Source of the DNA: Vicugna vicugna
Taxonomy: Eukaryota
Direction: 5' to 3'
Assembly: GCA_013265495.1 (NCBI GenBank)
Contig: MU058824.1
Coordinates: 3,065,111 to 3,129,110 of the forward strand
DNA: 64,000 nucleotides
Shown: piece after piece, positions 27,650 to 42,600 of the stretch
How positions within the stretch are numbered: position 1 is the stretch's first letter
Layout of the letters: the number at the start of each line of letters is the position of its first letter
Notes under the pieces: model-generated
The model's database searches: none
What the model saw: only the letters and a program-made list of their open reading frames with translations
Told to the model about the DNA's origin: nothing
Program-made: the position numbers and the translations under genes

Positions 27650-27870
27650 AAACTGAGTATGAATTCCAGTTCTACAACTTACTATATATAAGACCCTGAG
27701 CATATCTTTTTATCTGAGTTGCAGTTTCTTCATTCCTTATAATGGGTACAATACCTGTCTCATATCCGGATACTGTGAGGATTAAACAACATAATGTATT
27801 AAAAGTGCTTTGCAAAAGGTTTGACACGTGGTAGGCACTCAAAAAATGAAAGTTAGTATTATTAATAAGT
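27650..27870 (+). mobile_element. MIR SINE
   Basis: CAGTTTCTTCATTCCTTATAATGGG...GTGAGGATTAAA...AAAGTGCTT...GTAGGCACTCAA. Confidence 0.7.
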
Positions 27871-28109
27871 AATGCACACTGAAGCTCATGCCGGAGGACC
27901 CTTGAGATCCTCACTCAAAACACTTAAGTGACATGTACTTTTAAATAGCTTCAAAATCTGTTTTTCTAACCAACAGATAAGCAAATTCAAATTTGTAGGT
28001 GTTGGGTAGTAGGGCAGGCACACTGATAGCAGCAAATGAGAGCTGATACTGATAAAGAACACAAATTCTAACAACAGATTAGTCAGAGATCATTTTGAGT
28101 AGGGGCAAA

Positions 28110-29700
28110 CCTTTGACATGTCTTTTTAAGAAAGGAAAATTTTAGATTGTAAAATATTAGAAACATAAAGAAAATTATGAAGAATATAACAAACACCTGT
28201 GATACCCACCACCCAGCTTTATCAAATTTTAACATTTGGTTATCTTTCAGATTTTTTCTGAACATTACAGACATAATTGAAGTACCCTGTATATCCCTCC
28301 CCAATCCCATTCCCCTCCCTCCCTCCCTCTCCAGAGGGAACCACTATCCAATTGTTGTCACTCCCCTTGCAAGTTTTTAATACTATGAATTCATAAATAT
28401 GTATCCATAAACAATTTATAGTTTTGTTTTGCATTCAATTTATTCTGTAAGTATTTAATAAGCACCCACTATGTGGCATAGTTCTAGGTGCTGGGGATAG
28501 AGCAGAGAACAAATACAGGCCCTCATCAAGTTTATGTTTATATATTTTAAAATTTTATATAAATGGTATCACACTGTACAGCTTATTCTGTAGTTTCCTT
28601 TTCTGGCTCGACCTTGAATTTCTGAGATGCATCTAATTCATTTATTTTAACTGATGTATAGTATTCCATTGTGTGAGTATATAATTTATCTTCCCCTTAA
28701 TGGAGATTTGTTTCCAGCTTCTGTTACTAACAATGCTATAATGAACATTCTTTACACATCTCCTTGTTCACATGTGCTTTATTTCTTTTAAACAACGGAT
28801 TTTCAGTTTTACCAGATATTGCTAAATAGCTCAAAATAATTTTACCAATTTATACCCCATAATAATGCCTAAGAGTTTCTATTTCTCAACATTTTCACCA
28901 ATACTTTATATTTCTTGTTATTTTTATTTGCATTTCCATGATAACTAGTAAGCTTGAAAAATCTTTCCATATTTATTGCTCATTTTAGTTTCTCTTATGT
29001 AACTCTCTGCCTATTTTGCTCCAGGGTAATTGTTTTATATATTCTGGATACGAATTCTTTTTTTGGCTATGAGCATTGAAATGGTCTTCTCCCACCAGTC
29101 TATAGCTTATCTTCTCACACTGTTATGTCTATAGTTACAATGAAGTTTTAAATTTTAATGCCGTTGAACTTATCAACTCTTAATGGTTTATACTTTTCGC
29201 GTCTTAAAAAATCCTTTCTCATACTTAGAACATAAATATATTCTCTTTCTTCTAAAACTTTAAAGATTTGCTTTAATAATTAGGTCTTTAACTGGCAGTT
29301 ATTTTCAGCTATGGTATGAGACAGAAATCTGATTTTCTTTTCTTTTTTCATATACATAGAACCAATTCTCTTTTCCATTTCTCTGCACTGGTTTGTAATG
29401 CCCTTGCTGTCATATAGCAAATTTTCATACATGCATGGATCTGTTTCTGGAAGCTCTATTCCATTCTATCAGTCACTTAATCTATCCCTGTCCTAAGACT
29501 ATATTTGGTATCTGGATAAGTGAGTACTCCTATCTCCTTAGTCATCTTCAAAATTGTCTCAGATATTCTTGGCACTTTGCTGTTCTATATGAATTTTAAA
29601 ATCAAGTTTTTAAAAAAACTGTTGGTATTCTGATAAAAACTACACTAAATTCATAGACTAATTTGGGAAGAACTGACTTCTTTATAATACTGAGGTTTCT
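28110..29700 (-). mobile_element. Degenerate ancient L1 (L1M-type) interrupted by a short L2-like piece at about 28440-28530
   Basis: Inverted L1 3' UTR/ORF2-like T-rich sequence. Confidence 0.6.
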
Positions 29701-30802
29701 CCTCTCAGGGAAGATTTGCATTTGTTTTTGCAGGTACCTGGCAGCACTACCAACCTGGATCTAACTTAAAATTGCTGGCTGGAGGGTTTTGGACCATATG
29801 GTAGTGTGAAGCTGCATGAAGGCTGGCTTGTGGTTGGTAATTCAGAGATTTTCTGACATCCCTCTATCCAATGCCAGTCTAGATGAACAAGGTAGTTTAT
29901 TACTAGATCATCTTTATGCTGAAAGTACAGCCCTCTGGAGTCCTCAGCCTTATTCAGAGTTTTTACTAGACTTTTCCTCACTAGAATTAACTCTCCTGTT
30001 CTTTGTACTCCCTATACCTGTCAAAACAAACTCAAGAGTCACCAGCATTTGGCAGATGCCTCCAGGGTAAAGCCAGCTGAGTACATGTTTAGTTCTTTGC
30101 ATTCCTGCTTCCACTTCATTTTTGCCCCTAGGATTGATTCGTTTCTATCAGCTCAACTATAGATTAAAAAAACTTTTTAAAATTTATCCACCATTTCTAT
30201 TTTTAGTAGAAAGGTTGTTCAAGATATTTTAATATCTTCTACAGCCTAATTTTTATCTGCTTGATTTACCAGTTTTGGACAGAAATGTATTAAAATCTCT
30301 TACTATGATTATAGACATGTAATTCCTTATTAGTCTCTTCTTGCTTTATATATTTCAAGTTGCATACAAGTTCAAGATTATATTTTCTTGGTGGGTTTTT
30401 CCTTTATTAATATGTACTATTGTACTTTATCCTTATTAAAGCCTTTGGTCTTCCATCTATCCAGTAATGATAATCTGCATCAGTTTTCTTTTCCCATTTC
30501 TAGGTAGTTTTATTTTTGCTATACTCTATAAAGAGTATACAGGTGATTTTTGTTTTTTATTCAAATTGTCATCTCTGTGTCTTTTAATAAAGATCAATCC
30601 ATTTATACTGTGAACTATTAATATATTTGGAACTATTTCTACTTCTTGTTTTCTGTTTATCATCCCTTTCTTTTGCTTTTTAAATTTTTTAAGCTTTCCC
30701 ATTAATCAAGTTTTCAGTATTCTCTTATCACACACACCCGCCCCCTGCTTTGCTAATGTGGAAGCTATAAACTGTATTTTTATTATTTTATTTTAGTGAG
30801 AA

Positions 30803-30917
30803 TTTTTTTGGGGGGGTAATTAGGTTAATTTTTTTTTAATGAAGGTATTGGAGATTGAATCCAGGACCTCATGCATGCTAAGAAGCACACAGTCTGCCAC
30901 TGAGCTATACCCTCCCA
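30803..30917 (-). mobile_element. tRNA-derived SINE (camelid type)
   Basis: Same A/B-box head plus a CCTAATTACCCCCCC tail on the minus strand. Confidence 0.8.
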
Positions 30918-31094
30918 CCTATTTTACTTCAGTTTTTTTTCATCATATATATTTATTATACATTGTTCTGAAAGAGTCTGAAATTACTTAATATTTCTAT
31001 TCTCTCCCTGAACATGATATGGACCTTAAATGTTACACCTTTTCATTGAACAAAACTCCCCCATAGGTACAACCTATTTGTTGTTACTATCCAG

Positions 31095-31400
31095 AGCTAC
31101 ACTGTGCAGTTTGGTAACCATTAGCCACATGTGGCTTTCAAATCCTTAATATTTGGCCAGTTTGCATAGAAATGTGCTCTAAGTGTAAAATACACACTGG
31201 ATTTTGAAGATTTAGCGTGAAAAAAATGAAAGTAAAATATTTCAATATTTTTATATTCATTACATGTTGAAATGATAACATTTTAGACATACTGGAGTAA
31301 ATAAAATATATTATTAAAAATTAATTTGATGTGTTTCTTTTTTTAATGTGACTACTAGCAAATTTAAAATTTTAAATCATAATTATATTGGATAGTGCTA
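31095..31400. mobile_element. MER33/MER3-like hAT-Charlie remnant
   Basis: TAGCCACATGTGGCT...TTATATTGGATAGTGCT. Confidence 0.6.
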
Positions 31401-33950
31401 GAGTTTTCATCTTAACTTTGTTTTAAATGCACCCTCCCCGCCAAAAATTCTAAATTATTATCTTTCTGCTATAACATTTACCATTTCACCTAATTAAAAT
31501 TCTTTATTTTAGAATAACAATTTACCTGGATATGAAATGGTACTGAACATTACTTTACCTTAGTATTTAAGATATTACTCCATTTTCTCCTAACATCAAC
31601 TGTTGTTGATAAGAAATCTGTTACTTTAATTATCATCCCTCTGTAAGTAATCTGGCTTCTAACTTTGGTAGCTTTTAAGATTTTCTCTTTATCTTTGATA
31701 TTCTAGAGTTTCATCACAACCTGTCTAGATGTGGATTTATCTTTGTTTAACCCATAGGACATTCTAGAGTTTACTTTCGATTCAAAGATTCAGGTCCTTC
31801 TTCAATGCTAAAAATTCTCAAACTTTGTGTCTTTAAAATTTAGTTCTCCTCCAATCTCTGCACTTCTTTTTTCTGTATCTCAGTTAATCTCTGGGTAATT
31901 TTTTTAGTAATATTTTCCAACCCATTCTCTCATCAATGGTGTAATGAGTAATATTCATCCCATCTTAATTTTTTTTAATATACCAACTACATTTTTAATT
32001 TACAAGAGTTCTAGTTCTTTTCTACAATAACCTATTCTTGTTTCCATCTCTTTTGTTTCATAATTTTAAGCTCTCTATAAATGGAAAGTATCCCTTATTT
32101 CTTTGAGCAGCCTAAAAATGCTTTAAAGTTTCTTCCAATCAATGGAATACTATGCAGCCGTTAAAAAGAATAAAATTATCCCATGGGTATGAATATGGAA
32201 CAATCTCTAAATATGTCATTAAGTGAAAAGGTCAAGGCATATGTGTAGAATGCTACCATTTATATAAAAGTGTATGTATATGTGTATATATGCTTGTACA
32301 TGCATAAACTATCTCAGGATAGTAAGAAACTGGTAATAGTGGTTGCCTCTGGGGAGGGGAACTGGGTGGCTAGGGGACAGAGGTGGGAGATAGACTTACT
32401 TTTCACTGTTTACCCTTTTGTACCTTTGAATTTTGTACCACGTGCATGTATTACCTAGTCAAAAAAAATAAATAAAAGAATTCATTTTTAAAAATAAAGT
32501 CTTTGTTGGACTACTCCATAAAATTAATTTCATCCAGAGAAAATACCTATTCTAGTTACTGATTTTGTTATGATATTAATATCAGATGTCTTCATGAGTT
32601 TGGAAATTTTGGTTATAGGCTTACTTTGAGTAAGAAAGATTTTTAATTTCTCTTTCTCTTTTCCTATTTATGAGTTTATGGTTGCCCTCATTTTGATTTC
32701 TGGACCTCTAATCCACTACTAGATCTTTTAATGACATTAAGGCCTCCAGTTTCATGATGATATTGGAGCTATCACATACATACATTCACTCACTGACTCA
32801 GCAATGGCTTCATTCAATTCCTGGTCATGAGGCTGTGCATCAGCTAAAACCTATATCCCCAGGTAATTAATGGCTTTTTCCTTTTTTTAGCCTTTCACAA
32901 GTGAGACAGACATTCCAACCAAATCCCTGGCTTCATGTAGTAATTCGGGCTCTGGTTCCTGCCTCACATGAAACACTTAGCATTTTTGATTCCTGACAGA
33001 AGCTAAACTACCACATGGCAGTGCCAGACTGAAAACCTAGAGGGCTTGTGGTTTCAACACTAACAGCTTTGTGTCCGTGTTCTGGTCTGGCCCATAAAGA
33101 TGTTTATGTTGTTTCAGAGCCTAGATATATTTTTTTGTGCTATTTAATCTATTGTTCTATATGTTTGGGGCATAGAGATTATATCAAAATTCAGTATGTC
33201 ATCTTGACTAGAAGAAATTTCCTTATTTCTTTTTTTTGAACATTAAAAGTAATCACTATAAAATATAATCTCATTACATAAAATTTAGAAAATAGAAGAT
33301 TACTAATAATCCATCCATTCTAACTTGTTCACTGTTAGCATTTTAAAATGTTTCCTTCTAAGCTTTTTCTTCTGCATCATATTTATACAATTTTTATCAT
33401 GATTTTCACCTGTATTATCCCAAGCATTTGTTCATGTTGATATGTAGTCTCTGTGACCATCGTTTTAATGACTGCATATTAGTCCACCAAGCTGTTCAAC
33501 TGTTACTTACTTCCCACATTATTGAGAACTTAAGGAGCTTCTAACAATGCTATAAAGAAGTTTTCTATGCATATGTGTTTTTTCCCCTCAATAGTTTGGA
33601 TTTGAGGGCCAGTGGTGAAGGAGGCTAAGCAATGGGATGGCCATAATTCTATACAGATTATTAGCCCAAAGGTATTACAGGATTATCATGATACATGGCT
33701 GAGGTTCGTAATGATGACCCTAATACATGAAGAGAAAAGGTAAAATCATATGGAAGTGAAAATGCATTTCAGGAAGATTCCAATCCAAAATGGTTAACGG
33801 TAAGTTTTGTAATTAAAGGGATAACTTTCACAATTCAAAATGTATATCATCTAGCACTGCTGGACAAGGCATTATACATTTTCACTAACTTCCAAAACAG
33901 AGTATTTTGGGTCACACTAATCAAGTTCACTTTTTCACTATAATACTAAC

Positions 33951-34064
33951 CTTATATTATTTACACAGTCTTCATGAGCTTCAGAAAGTGTTTTTATGTG
34001 CTTTGAAGATATAGGATCAAAAAGAAGAACTTCAGTCTGTTCACAAGCAACTGTCAGCACTGAC
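33951..34064 (-). CDS. DCAF10: DCAF10 coding exon 2
   Basis: tttcag|G TCA GTG CTG = SVLTVACEQTEVLLFDPISSKHIKTLSEAHEDCVNNIR; donor AG|GTTAGT; 114 nt; not in the ORF track. Confidence 0.96.
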
Positions 34065-35469
34065 CTGAAAGCAAATGACACATTTCTCTTATTTAGTTTT
34101 TGAGCATTCTCTGGTTATTGATATTTATCTATTTGTAATTACATAAGCTATAGATGAATAACCTCCTTTTGTCCATGTTAGTAACAAATATTTAAAAGTT
34201 CGACACTATTTGCTGTAGGAAGTAGTAGTAGGGAATGGTACTCTCATACATTATGGTGAAGGGTAAGCCAGTGTGGTTTGTTTGAAGAGTACCATTATCT
34301 ATCAAAATTTAAACATGCCTATCTTTCAACTCAGCAATTTTTTTCTGGGAATTCAATCTAGAGAAATAATCATTTCTAAATACAAAGAAGCATATATAAA
34401 GAGATGCTTCATTTTAAGGAGAAACTGAAAGTAACCTAAATGTACATGAAAGAAGGAATGACATTATATAGTATATAATACATTGCAATATGGTACATTT
34501 AAAAAGAAAGGGATGTTATATGGATATGAAGAACTCTAAAACATATTTTTAAATGAGAAAAGCTGGTTGCAGAAAAACATGCATTGATGAGGCAACTTAG
34601 GAAAAAAATCATATGCAACAAAATTACGTATTTCTTCATCAGTATCTATTAAAATGCTTGGAAGAGGTCTAGAGTATATCCTACTAAATCGGCTATATAT
34701 AGTCAAGCAATCTTTTCCTTTATGGATTTTTAGTTTTGTCTCTTGTTTCAGAACTTCCCTATTATGAAGTGTTTATATATATATTTAATGTGAACAAGTA
34801 TCAAAACTTTTATTCAATTAAATTAAATGGTGAGGGAGCCAGTAAGATTTAATAACTGACTCCAAGGAGAATTCAAAGAACAGACACGTATACAGGCAAT
34901 CAAGAATGTTGAAATGAATTTGCTGAAATCATGCAAAACTGGTCAATAGCCAGAGGCAATCACTGACAATCACTCATCCCCCGCGATGACCACAGACATT
35001 ACTATCATTTTTCTACAACTTACAGAGTTGAAAATTAGTTCAAGAACAATTAATAAAAGAAAATTCCTGGGAGAGAGCACCAGTGAGAACACTCTGTGAT
35101 TATATTTTTACCATTTCCAATGCCTCTCAATGCTCCCATTACAAAAGGCTGAGGAAATCTATTAAAAGGGGTCAATCACCAAAGGTAATGTTTGATAAAT
35201 TGTTACAAAAAGGGGCTATATTTTTATAAACCTTTTACAAATTCAATTTTGATTTCTGAAAATCTGTTGTCTTTTATTTATTTTGTTAAGTGTTAGTTTT
35301 CTGTGGGCACTGATCTTTCAAATTCATATCTAGCAAATGAAATGCTGAGTCTTTAAAACTGTAGGTCTTCCCAATTTATAGGGATTTTTACACTTTAAGA
35401 TGAAAGTGCATAAGATAGAATTTTAAATAGCCAAACTTTTCTATTCAGAACAAAGTTTTAAGATAAAGT

Positions 35470-35655
35470 GCGACAGGGAGCTATAGTCAATATCTTGTAA
35501 TATTAATGAAAAAGAATATGAATACAAATATGTGTGTGTGTGTGTGTATATACACATTGTGCATTATGTACATTATGCTGTACACCAGAAATTGACACAT
35601 TATAGCTGACTATACTCACTATACTTCGACTATACTTCAATTAAAAAAATAATAA
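35470..35655 (+). mobile_element. Short L1 3'-end fragment with (TG)n tract
   Basis: ACAGGGAGCTATAGTCAATATCTTGTAA...TGCTGTACACCAGAAATTGACAC...TATACTTCAATTAAAAAAA. Confidence 0.7.
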
Positions 35656-36507
35656 CGCAGGGAAGGAAAAAATCTAGTGAATTGAAATCCTTTCCATATT
35701 TAGTAATCATGAAATTATCCTTTAAAGGGTATCTGCATAAACACTTTTGTGAGATATCTGGACTTCAAAAATTTAATATCTGAAGGATTTTTGTGTTGAC
35801 TATCGTGAGTGAAGGTATTCAAATTAATATATGTAATTTTAGAAAATATATTAATTATTATTTCTGTCTCTCAGAAAAGTTATGAAATGAACTTTTCTCC
35901 TTTTTGTGCATAAAAGTAAATGAATCAGTGATTCTGGGAGACTCAATCTTAAACACTGTAAACAAGAGACCTATAAGACTGATAGGCTTTTTTAAAAATT
36001 TAATACAATTACAATCTATTTTTGTACATGGCATGATCTGTAACGTTTTAAAATGGCTATCATTTATGCCAGTATCAAAGACTACACTGTTCACGTTGGT
36101 TTGAAATGCCATCTTTATCATATATAAGTTTTTTGGGGGGACTCATATTTTTTTCTCTGTAATACAACTACACTATTTTAATTTCTAAAAGGTTTGACAT
36201 GTGGCAAAGTGAGATCCCCTCACTCCTCTATAAACATTTTTTGGGGGTACTAATATCATACTTTCTCTTCCAAATGAATTTTAGATACAGCATTATCAGG
36301 TCCTATTAAAAATCTTGTTGGTATTTTTTATTGGGATGCAGTGACTTTACAAATTAATTTGGTAGAATTTATATCATACAATATTGAATCATTCCAACAG
36401 TAATATGCATACTTTCCCACATATTCAAGATTTTCTTAGAGTATTGTAACAACCCTTGGACCTTTAAACATCCTTATACATTTATAGTCAACTTAACAAG
36501 TTATGTA

Positions 36508-36529
36508 TACACACACACACACACACACA
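36508..36529. repeat. (AC)n microsatellite
   Basis: Uninterrupted AC run. Confidence 0.9.
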
Positions 36530-38077
36530 TAGAGCCACCTGTGGATTTTGAGACTGTAATAGAGCTATAGAAAAGTTTGCATAGAATTGACATCTTTACA
36601 ATATGGAGTCTTTCAATCCTTGAACATTACATATCTCCATTTACAATGGAGATTTTCTCCACATAGGTCATGCTTGTCTTTTGTTTGATTTATTCTTGGG
36701 TACTTGGGATTTTTTTTCATGCTTTTGTAAATGTTTTTAAAAAATTTATTTCATTTGTTGCTGGTGTACAGAAGGGCAACTGACTTTTTAAATATTTATC
36801 CATCAATCTTGCTATTTACTTTATCTGTAGGTTATTTTTGATTTTCTTTGTCGATAATGTTATCTACAAACAATTGCTTTGTTCTTTTTAAAAACTTTTT
36901 GTCCTCTGCTGCACCGGCTAGGACTTTCAGTACAACGCTGAATAGAAATGTTAATATAGCAGGCATTCTTATCTTGTTCCTGATCTTCAAGAATACATCT
37001 ACCATTTCATTGTTAAGCACAATGTTTACTGTAGTTTTTTTGGTAGATTCCTACTATTGGATTAAGAAAGTTCTCTTCTACTTCAAACTTGCTAAGTTTT
37101 TTTTTCCATTAAAATAAAATATATAAAACATTTCCTAACATTTATTGAAATTATCCTGTATTTTTCATTCAATGTTAATGAAGTGATTTACATCCATTTA
37201 TTTTCTAATCTCAAATCAACCTTTCATTTCTACCAGATTCCTAGATTCAGTTGGCTAAAATGAAAGGTTCATTATCTCTGGCCTCCCTCCTTCTGCAGAT
37301 CTTAGCCCTGCAATTTCCTCATAGCCTCAATTATCCTATCCCTTCAAACAAATTTTTTTTTACATCTTACATTAGATATTTATATTTTCTCTAGCTTTTC
37401 TAATTACTTTCAGTTGGAGGGCTGGTCAAAATCACCTACTCCGCTACTTCTGGAGAGGTACAATCTTTACTTCTTGCATCTGAACTTATGTCCCCCTTTT
37501 ATTTTGAATATTGTCTATTTGAGTATTCTCTTGATCAATCTAATGAATGTTTTTTATTTTTATCTTTTCAAAGTTAAATCTGTTGAGTATTTCTACTGAA
37601 GTTTTAGAACTTCACTAATTTTACTCTTTAAGGCTGTATTTCCTTCCTTCTGCTTTCTTCAGATTTACTTTGTTGTAACTTCACTATTCTTTTACTCGTT
37701 CTTGAGATGGATACTTAGGTAATTAAGTTTGTCTTCCTTTCTGGTTTATTAAAAACTAGAATTTTTCTACTAAGTGCTGATTTACTTATATCACACAACT
37801 TTTGAGACATGTGGTACCTTCATTATATTTAGTTCTAAATATTTCTAATTTCCATTATCATTTCTCCTTTGGCCTATGAGTCATTTATAAATGTTTGTTA
37901 ACTTGAAAATACATGAGGTTTTTCTAGTTATCTTTTTGTTATTAATTTCTAGCAATCACAGTGTACTGAGAAACTATTTGATAATCTTTTGAAATATATG
38001 GCCTGGTAAGACAAAAATTTTTAACTCTTCCTTGTGTGTTTGAAAAAAACAGGCATGAGGCAGCTGTTATATATAGT

Positions 38078-39647
38078 GAAGTGTGGTATTCAAAAATATT
38101 AAACATTTAATAGTAATATAAACTAACAAGAATAAAAATTTTAGAAAAAATTTTAAAAATAAAATAACCTATAGGTTATAAAAATGCTAGCCAAGTGGTA
38201 TTAGTTCCAAATCAAATTGTTCATCAAATTATTCTGGTAATTTCCAATCATTTATTAAATGCTGGAAATAGTAGCCATAATCACTTTTTAACCTAGATGC
38301 TCTTATCTGAACCATGAACTACCACAGGAAACTGCATAAAGCCCCTCTAAGAATTTCCACATTAAATAGGGAGGCATTTATAAAAAACATATGGTTACCA
38401 AAGGGAGAAGGGAAGGAGGGAGGGATAAATTAAGAGTATGGGATTAACAGATACAAACTACTATATATAAAATAGATAAAATAAAGCAATAAGGATTTAC
38501 TGTATAGCCCAAGGAATTATATTCAATATTTTGAATAACCTATGATGGAAATAATCTGAAAAAAATTATATATAACAATCACTTTGCTGTATACCTGAAA
38601 CTAACACAATACTTAAATCAACTATACTTCAATTTTTAAAAATTCCTAATAGGTAGTCATTAAGTAACCTGTAATCTTGATAAGTAAAAAAATAACTCTT
38701 ATCAGCAACAAAGTGGTTCATGGGACTGAACTGTCTTTTTAGCTTTTGCTGCAGTAAGTATATAAAAGTTTCTCTAGCCTTTATAATGCTTGCTGTTAAT
38801 TTTTTATATTCAATTATATTAGTAAGTCACAAAATAATTTACTGATACATCATATTTAATGATATCAAACCTAACGGCTCAGCCCAGAATGTAATAAGCC
38901 AGGGTACAAATCCTTTGTGTTTAATGACCTTTCTGCTTTTCAGTTCCCTCAACTAAATATGCCTAGTATAGAGAAGACTATGTTGGCAGTCATTTTCATT
39001 AATAAAATTAGTGTTATTAATGCCCATGGTGGGCACGTCTTCAGTGGTTTTGGTAAACTTATCCCACTAAATAACGGTGAATTTCAACAAGAAAGATAAA
39101 ATTAGGGCTCTGCATCCCACAAGTCATTCATCCATAAACCATCCCCATAGGCCTCATTCATCTGTCATGTATTCTATCCTGCCATGGGTGTGCACCCTTT
39201 GCCAAGAGAATTAGTGTTTGGATGGGTAGTGCCATTACTCTCATCTGATTGCCCTTTTCATCTCTCTGGACCTCCCTAGAGGCTGCTGAGAATGACTGGG
39301 AGACTGCCTGAGAAAGGCCAGCAGCCCCACACTACGGGGAACCAAATGGTCACTGGGCATTTGCCTATGGCTTTTGGAGGTGGGGAGGGTACCTAGCATA
39401 GGTGAGGGGAGATTAGAACAGACGCTAAAGCTATCTAGTGAGATTTTTGATGGCAGCTTGCTGGGCCAGTTCTTAATTCTTTAGTTGCTATATATTGGGT
39501 TACTCTGGGAGATCCCATGGGAGGTGCTGAAGCACTAGGAGGGCACTCAGTGGGCTTGGGGCAGTAACTACTCAACCACTATGGACATATATTATTTCAA
39601 CAATTGGCATATTTGAATGAACGTGTATTAGCTGAATATGAGGCCTG
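38078..39647 (+). mobile_element. Longer Zaphod-like hAT remnant interrupted by an L1 3' end
   Basis: Begins GTGGTATTCAAAAATATTAAAC, ends GCTGAATATGAGGCCTG; last ~130 bp resemble 17670-17798. Confidence 0.5.
38385..38640 (+). mobile_element. Short L1 3'-end fragment
   Basis: ATGGTTACCAAAGGG...ACCTGAAACTAACACAATACTTAAATCAACTATACTTCAA. Confidence 0.8.
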
Positions 39648-42600
39648 AATGCAGTATTCTATATATGCCCTTTAAAGCAAGATTTTAAGTGGTGGTATTT
39701 CTATATTGTGTACCCTTCTTATGTTTGTATCTGCCTGATTAATTGAGGTATGCTATGATGTATATTAAAATCATCCCCTATGATAATAAAATTTTCTATT
39801 TTCTCCTCGAAGTTATCAATTTTTGATGTATATAAATTAAAAAACTCATTCAAGTTAGAACTGCGCTCTTATCATTATGAAGTGACTTTCTATCTCTAGT
39901 AATTTTTTTTTGCCTTAAAGCCTATTTTATATGATACTAATATAGCTCACCAGCTTTCCTTTGTTTAGAATTTTTTTGATATGTTTTCCTCTATCCTTTT
40001 AGAATGTGTTTGATATACCCTATCTTATGTACAAGAAGTATATTTAGTACTTTTATAATTAGTAATATTTGGATTTATTTTCAGCCATTCTTCATATTTT
40101 TTGTTAAAACTTTCTACTTTTCCCCCTTTCCTTTTCTTGTCTTCTAAAAATTTCTCATTCCAAATTTTTTTCCTCTACTAATCTGGAAATAATGTATTTA
40201 CTTGTCTTCTGGTGGTGACCCTGCAAGTTTTAATATGCATATATTAAAGCCTAAAGTTAATATATCACAATTCTCCCTCAAAGAAAAAGGAATTTAAAGT
40301 AACCTTTCATAATTTATATGCTATTGTTGTCTTCTATTTTAGCTCCATCTTTGCTAATCCCAAAAGGCAAAATTAAATTTAGTTTTACATACAAATTTTC
40401 TTACTTCTTTGTTCTTTATTCCTTCTAGTATCACAGACCTTACAGTTAAAGACACTTTCTTCTCTCTGAACTTAGAGTTCCATTATGAACGGTCTGGTGG
40501 TAAACTCACTGAATTTTGATTGGGTGCATATGTATTTATTTCAGCTTCGTTTTGACCAGAACAAAGAACCCATCTTGCTGGGTACAGACATTTAGATTGG
40601 CAGTTTTTTCCAGCATACTAAAAAATAATCACCACTGTCCTCTAATTTACACTATTATTGATGGCTAATTGGCTTTCACCCTCATAGTCACTTCTTTGAA
40701 GGTCTTTTTTCTCTAGCTTTTATATTTGTTGTCCTGTAATTTCACTATATGGCTAGGGAGAATTCCTGCTTGGGGTATGTTGGGTACCTTTCTTTAATTC
40801 TGGAAAGCTCTCAGCTAGTACTGCTTCAAATTTGTTTTACCCCATTATCTACCTCATTTTCTTCAGTAACTGACCAAATACATGGTATGCTCTATGCTCC
40901 ATGTCACTAAACCTCTTTCATATTTTCAATCTCTCTGTCTCCCTTGTCTGTATTCTGACTTCTTCACTTCTATTTTCCAGTATACTAATTCTCCCTACAG
41001 CAGTGCCTAATGTGTTCTCATAGAGGATAGGTTAAGAAGGTCCCATATTATCTAGTCTATTAACATGATCAAATTTTCTTTTTCAAAAGGTCACTTTACG
41101 AGGTGATACACTTATTTTGACAAACTTGCTATTGCTTAAAACATTTTTGGAAGTTTTTAGAAATTATCTTCTAGTCCATGTATCCTTTTATCTCTTTTTT
41201 AGTGCCTAATTCTTTCTAGCCTGGTCTCTATCAAATTCATAATTTTAATTCTTACCTTCTGTATCACCTCTCCTTTCTGTACTGAGAAGTCCTTGTGACA
41301 GTGGTTACAGTATCCAATAAGCTGATTTAATGCATATGCAACTGAAGGATATGAGAAATTATCTCATTTAATACAGATATGTCATTTTATATACAACTAT
41401 TTTAAGTCCTATAAAAATTGGGGGCATATTGGTAGATGTAGTAAGAAAAATAAAAAATTAAAACACAACTATTTTCACCTGTCACCTTGACATAAATGAA
41501 AAAAGAATGGCAATGTGCAATACTGGCAAGGGTATGGGAAGACAAGCACTTTCACAAGGAACTGATAGGAATGAGAACTGGTACAGCCTTCACAGAGGGC
41601 AATTTAATAATAAGTACCCAAAATCTTCATAATCTTTGACCCATTCTAGGGATTTACTATAAGGACTTAAACCTAAAATATTTGTTTAAAGAGGTTTTAT
41701 TTAAACTAATGAAAGATTTTAAATAATGTTGCAGAAATATATTCATGAACCTAGATAATTCGCAATATATCGTATGACAAAAGGCAGGCTACAAAATAGT
41801 AGATTCCATCTTTATGTTAAAAGAAAAAGTTTCCTTATCCATTCAATCTCTGGGATCATAAGTGATGTTTAGCTTCTTTTAGTTCATTTATTGCCTAGGT
41901 TTTCTACGATAAGAATATATTAATTGCATAATTACATATTACTGAATTATTTTAAGTACTAGAGTACCTAACCACCTTTTACAAAAATGTTACTATGGGA
42001 AAATGTAGTCCTATCAGTGATATACTACTCACTTAATAGCACTGGCAATGAGAATTCCTTCTTTATAACTCATTCTATCCCTCTCACCCTCTACCTAAAA
42101 TCTCACCTCCAGAGAGTAGAAACAGCTACTCTTGAAGGCCTGACAGAACAGATAGAAGTTTGGGAGGAGAGGAGCTGGGATATATTGAAGAAGGAACTGA
42201 AGGTTTATGAGGAACAGACTCCTGGTATTTTGGGAGAAGCTTTAGGAATAGGGCTTGGTTGGAGGAAGGAGTAGGGAGAAGAGATTCCATGGACAAACTT
42301 CTGCAAAAATAGTTTCTTCTCTCACCAGTTCTCCTTGTATTCAGGTGCACATTCACTGCTACAAGTTCCACCCAACTGCTATAGGGAGAAACTCCAGAGA
42401 TCTCAGCACCGAGTCTGATTAGGAATAAACATCTGCAACAGTGAAATGGAATAAGGTGTACCTGCTCACAGTGATTCGAGATATTATGTCTTTCTTCAGT
42501 AATTTTTTTTTCTTTGTTAACCTATCATTTTTCACCTTCTCTAACATCGCACGCTGCCCCTCCAACCTCTGGCATATCAGTTCCTCTCTCTGAAATATTT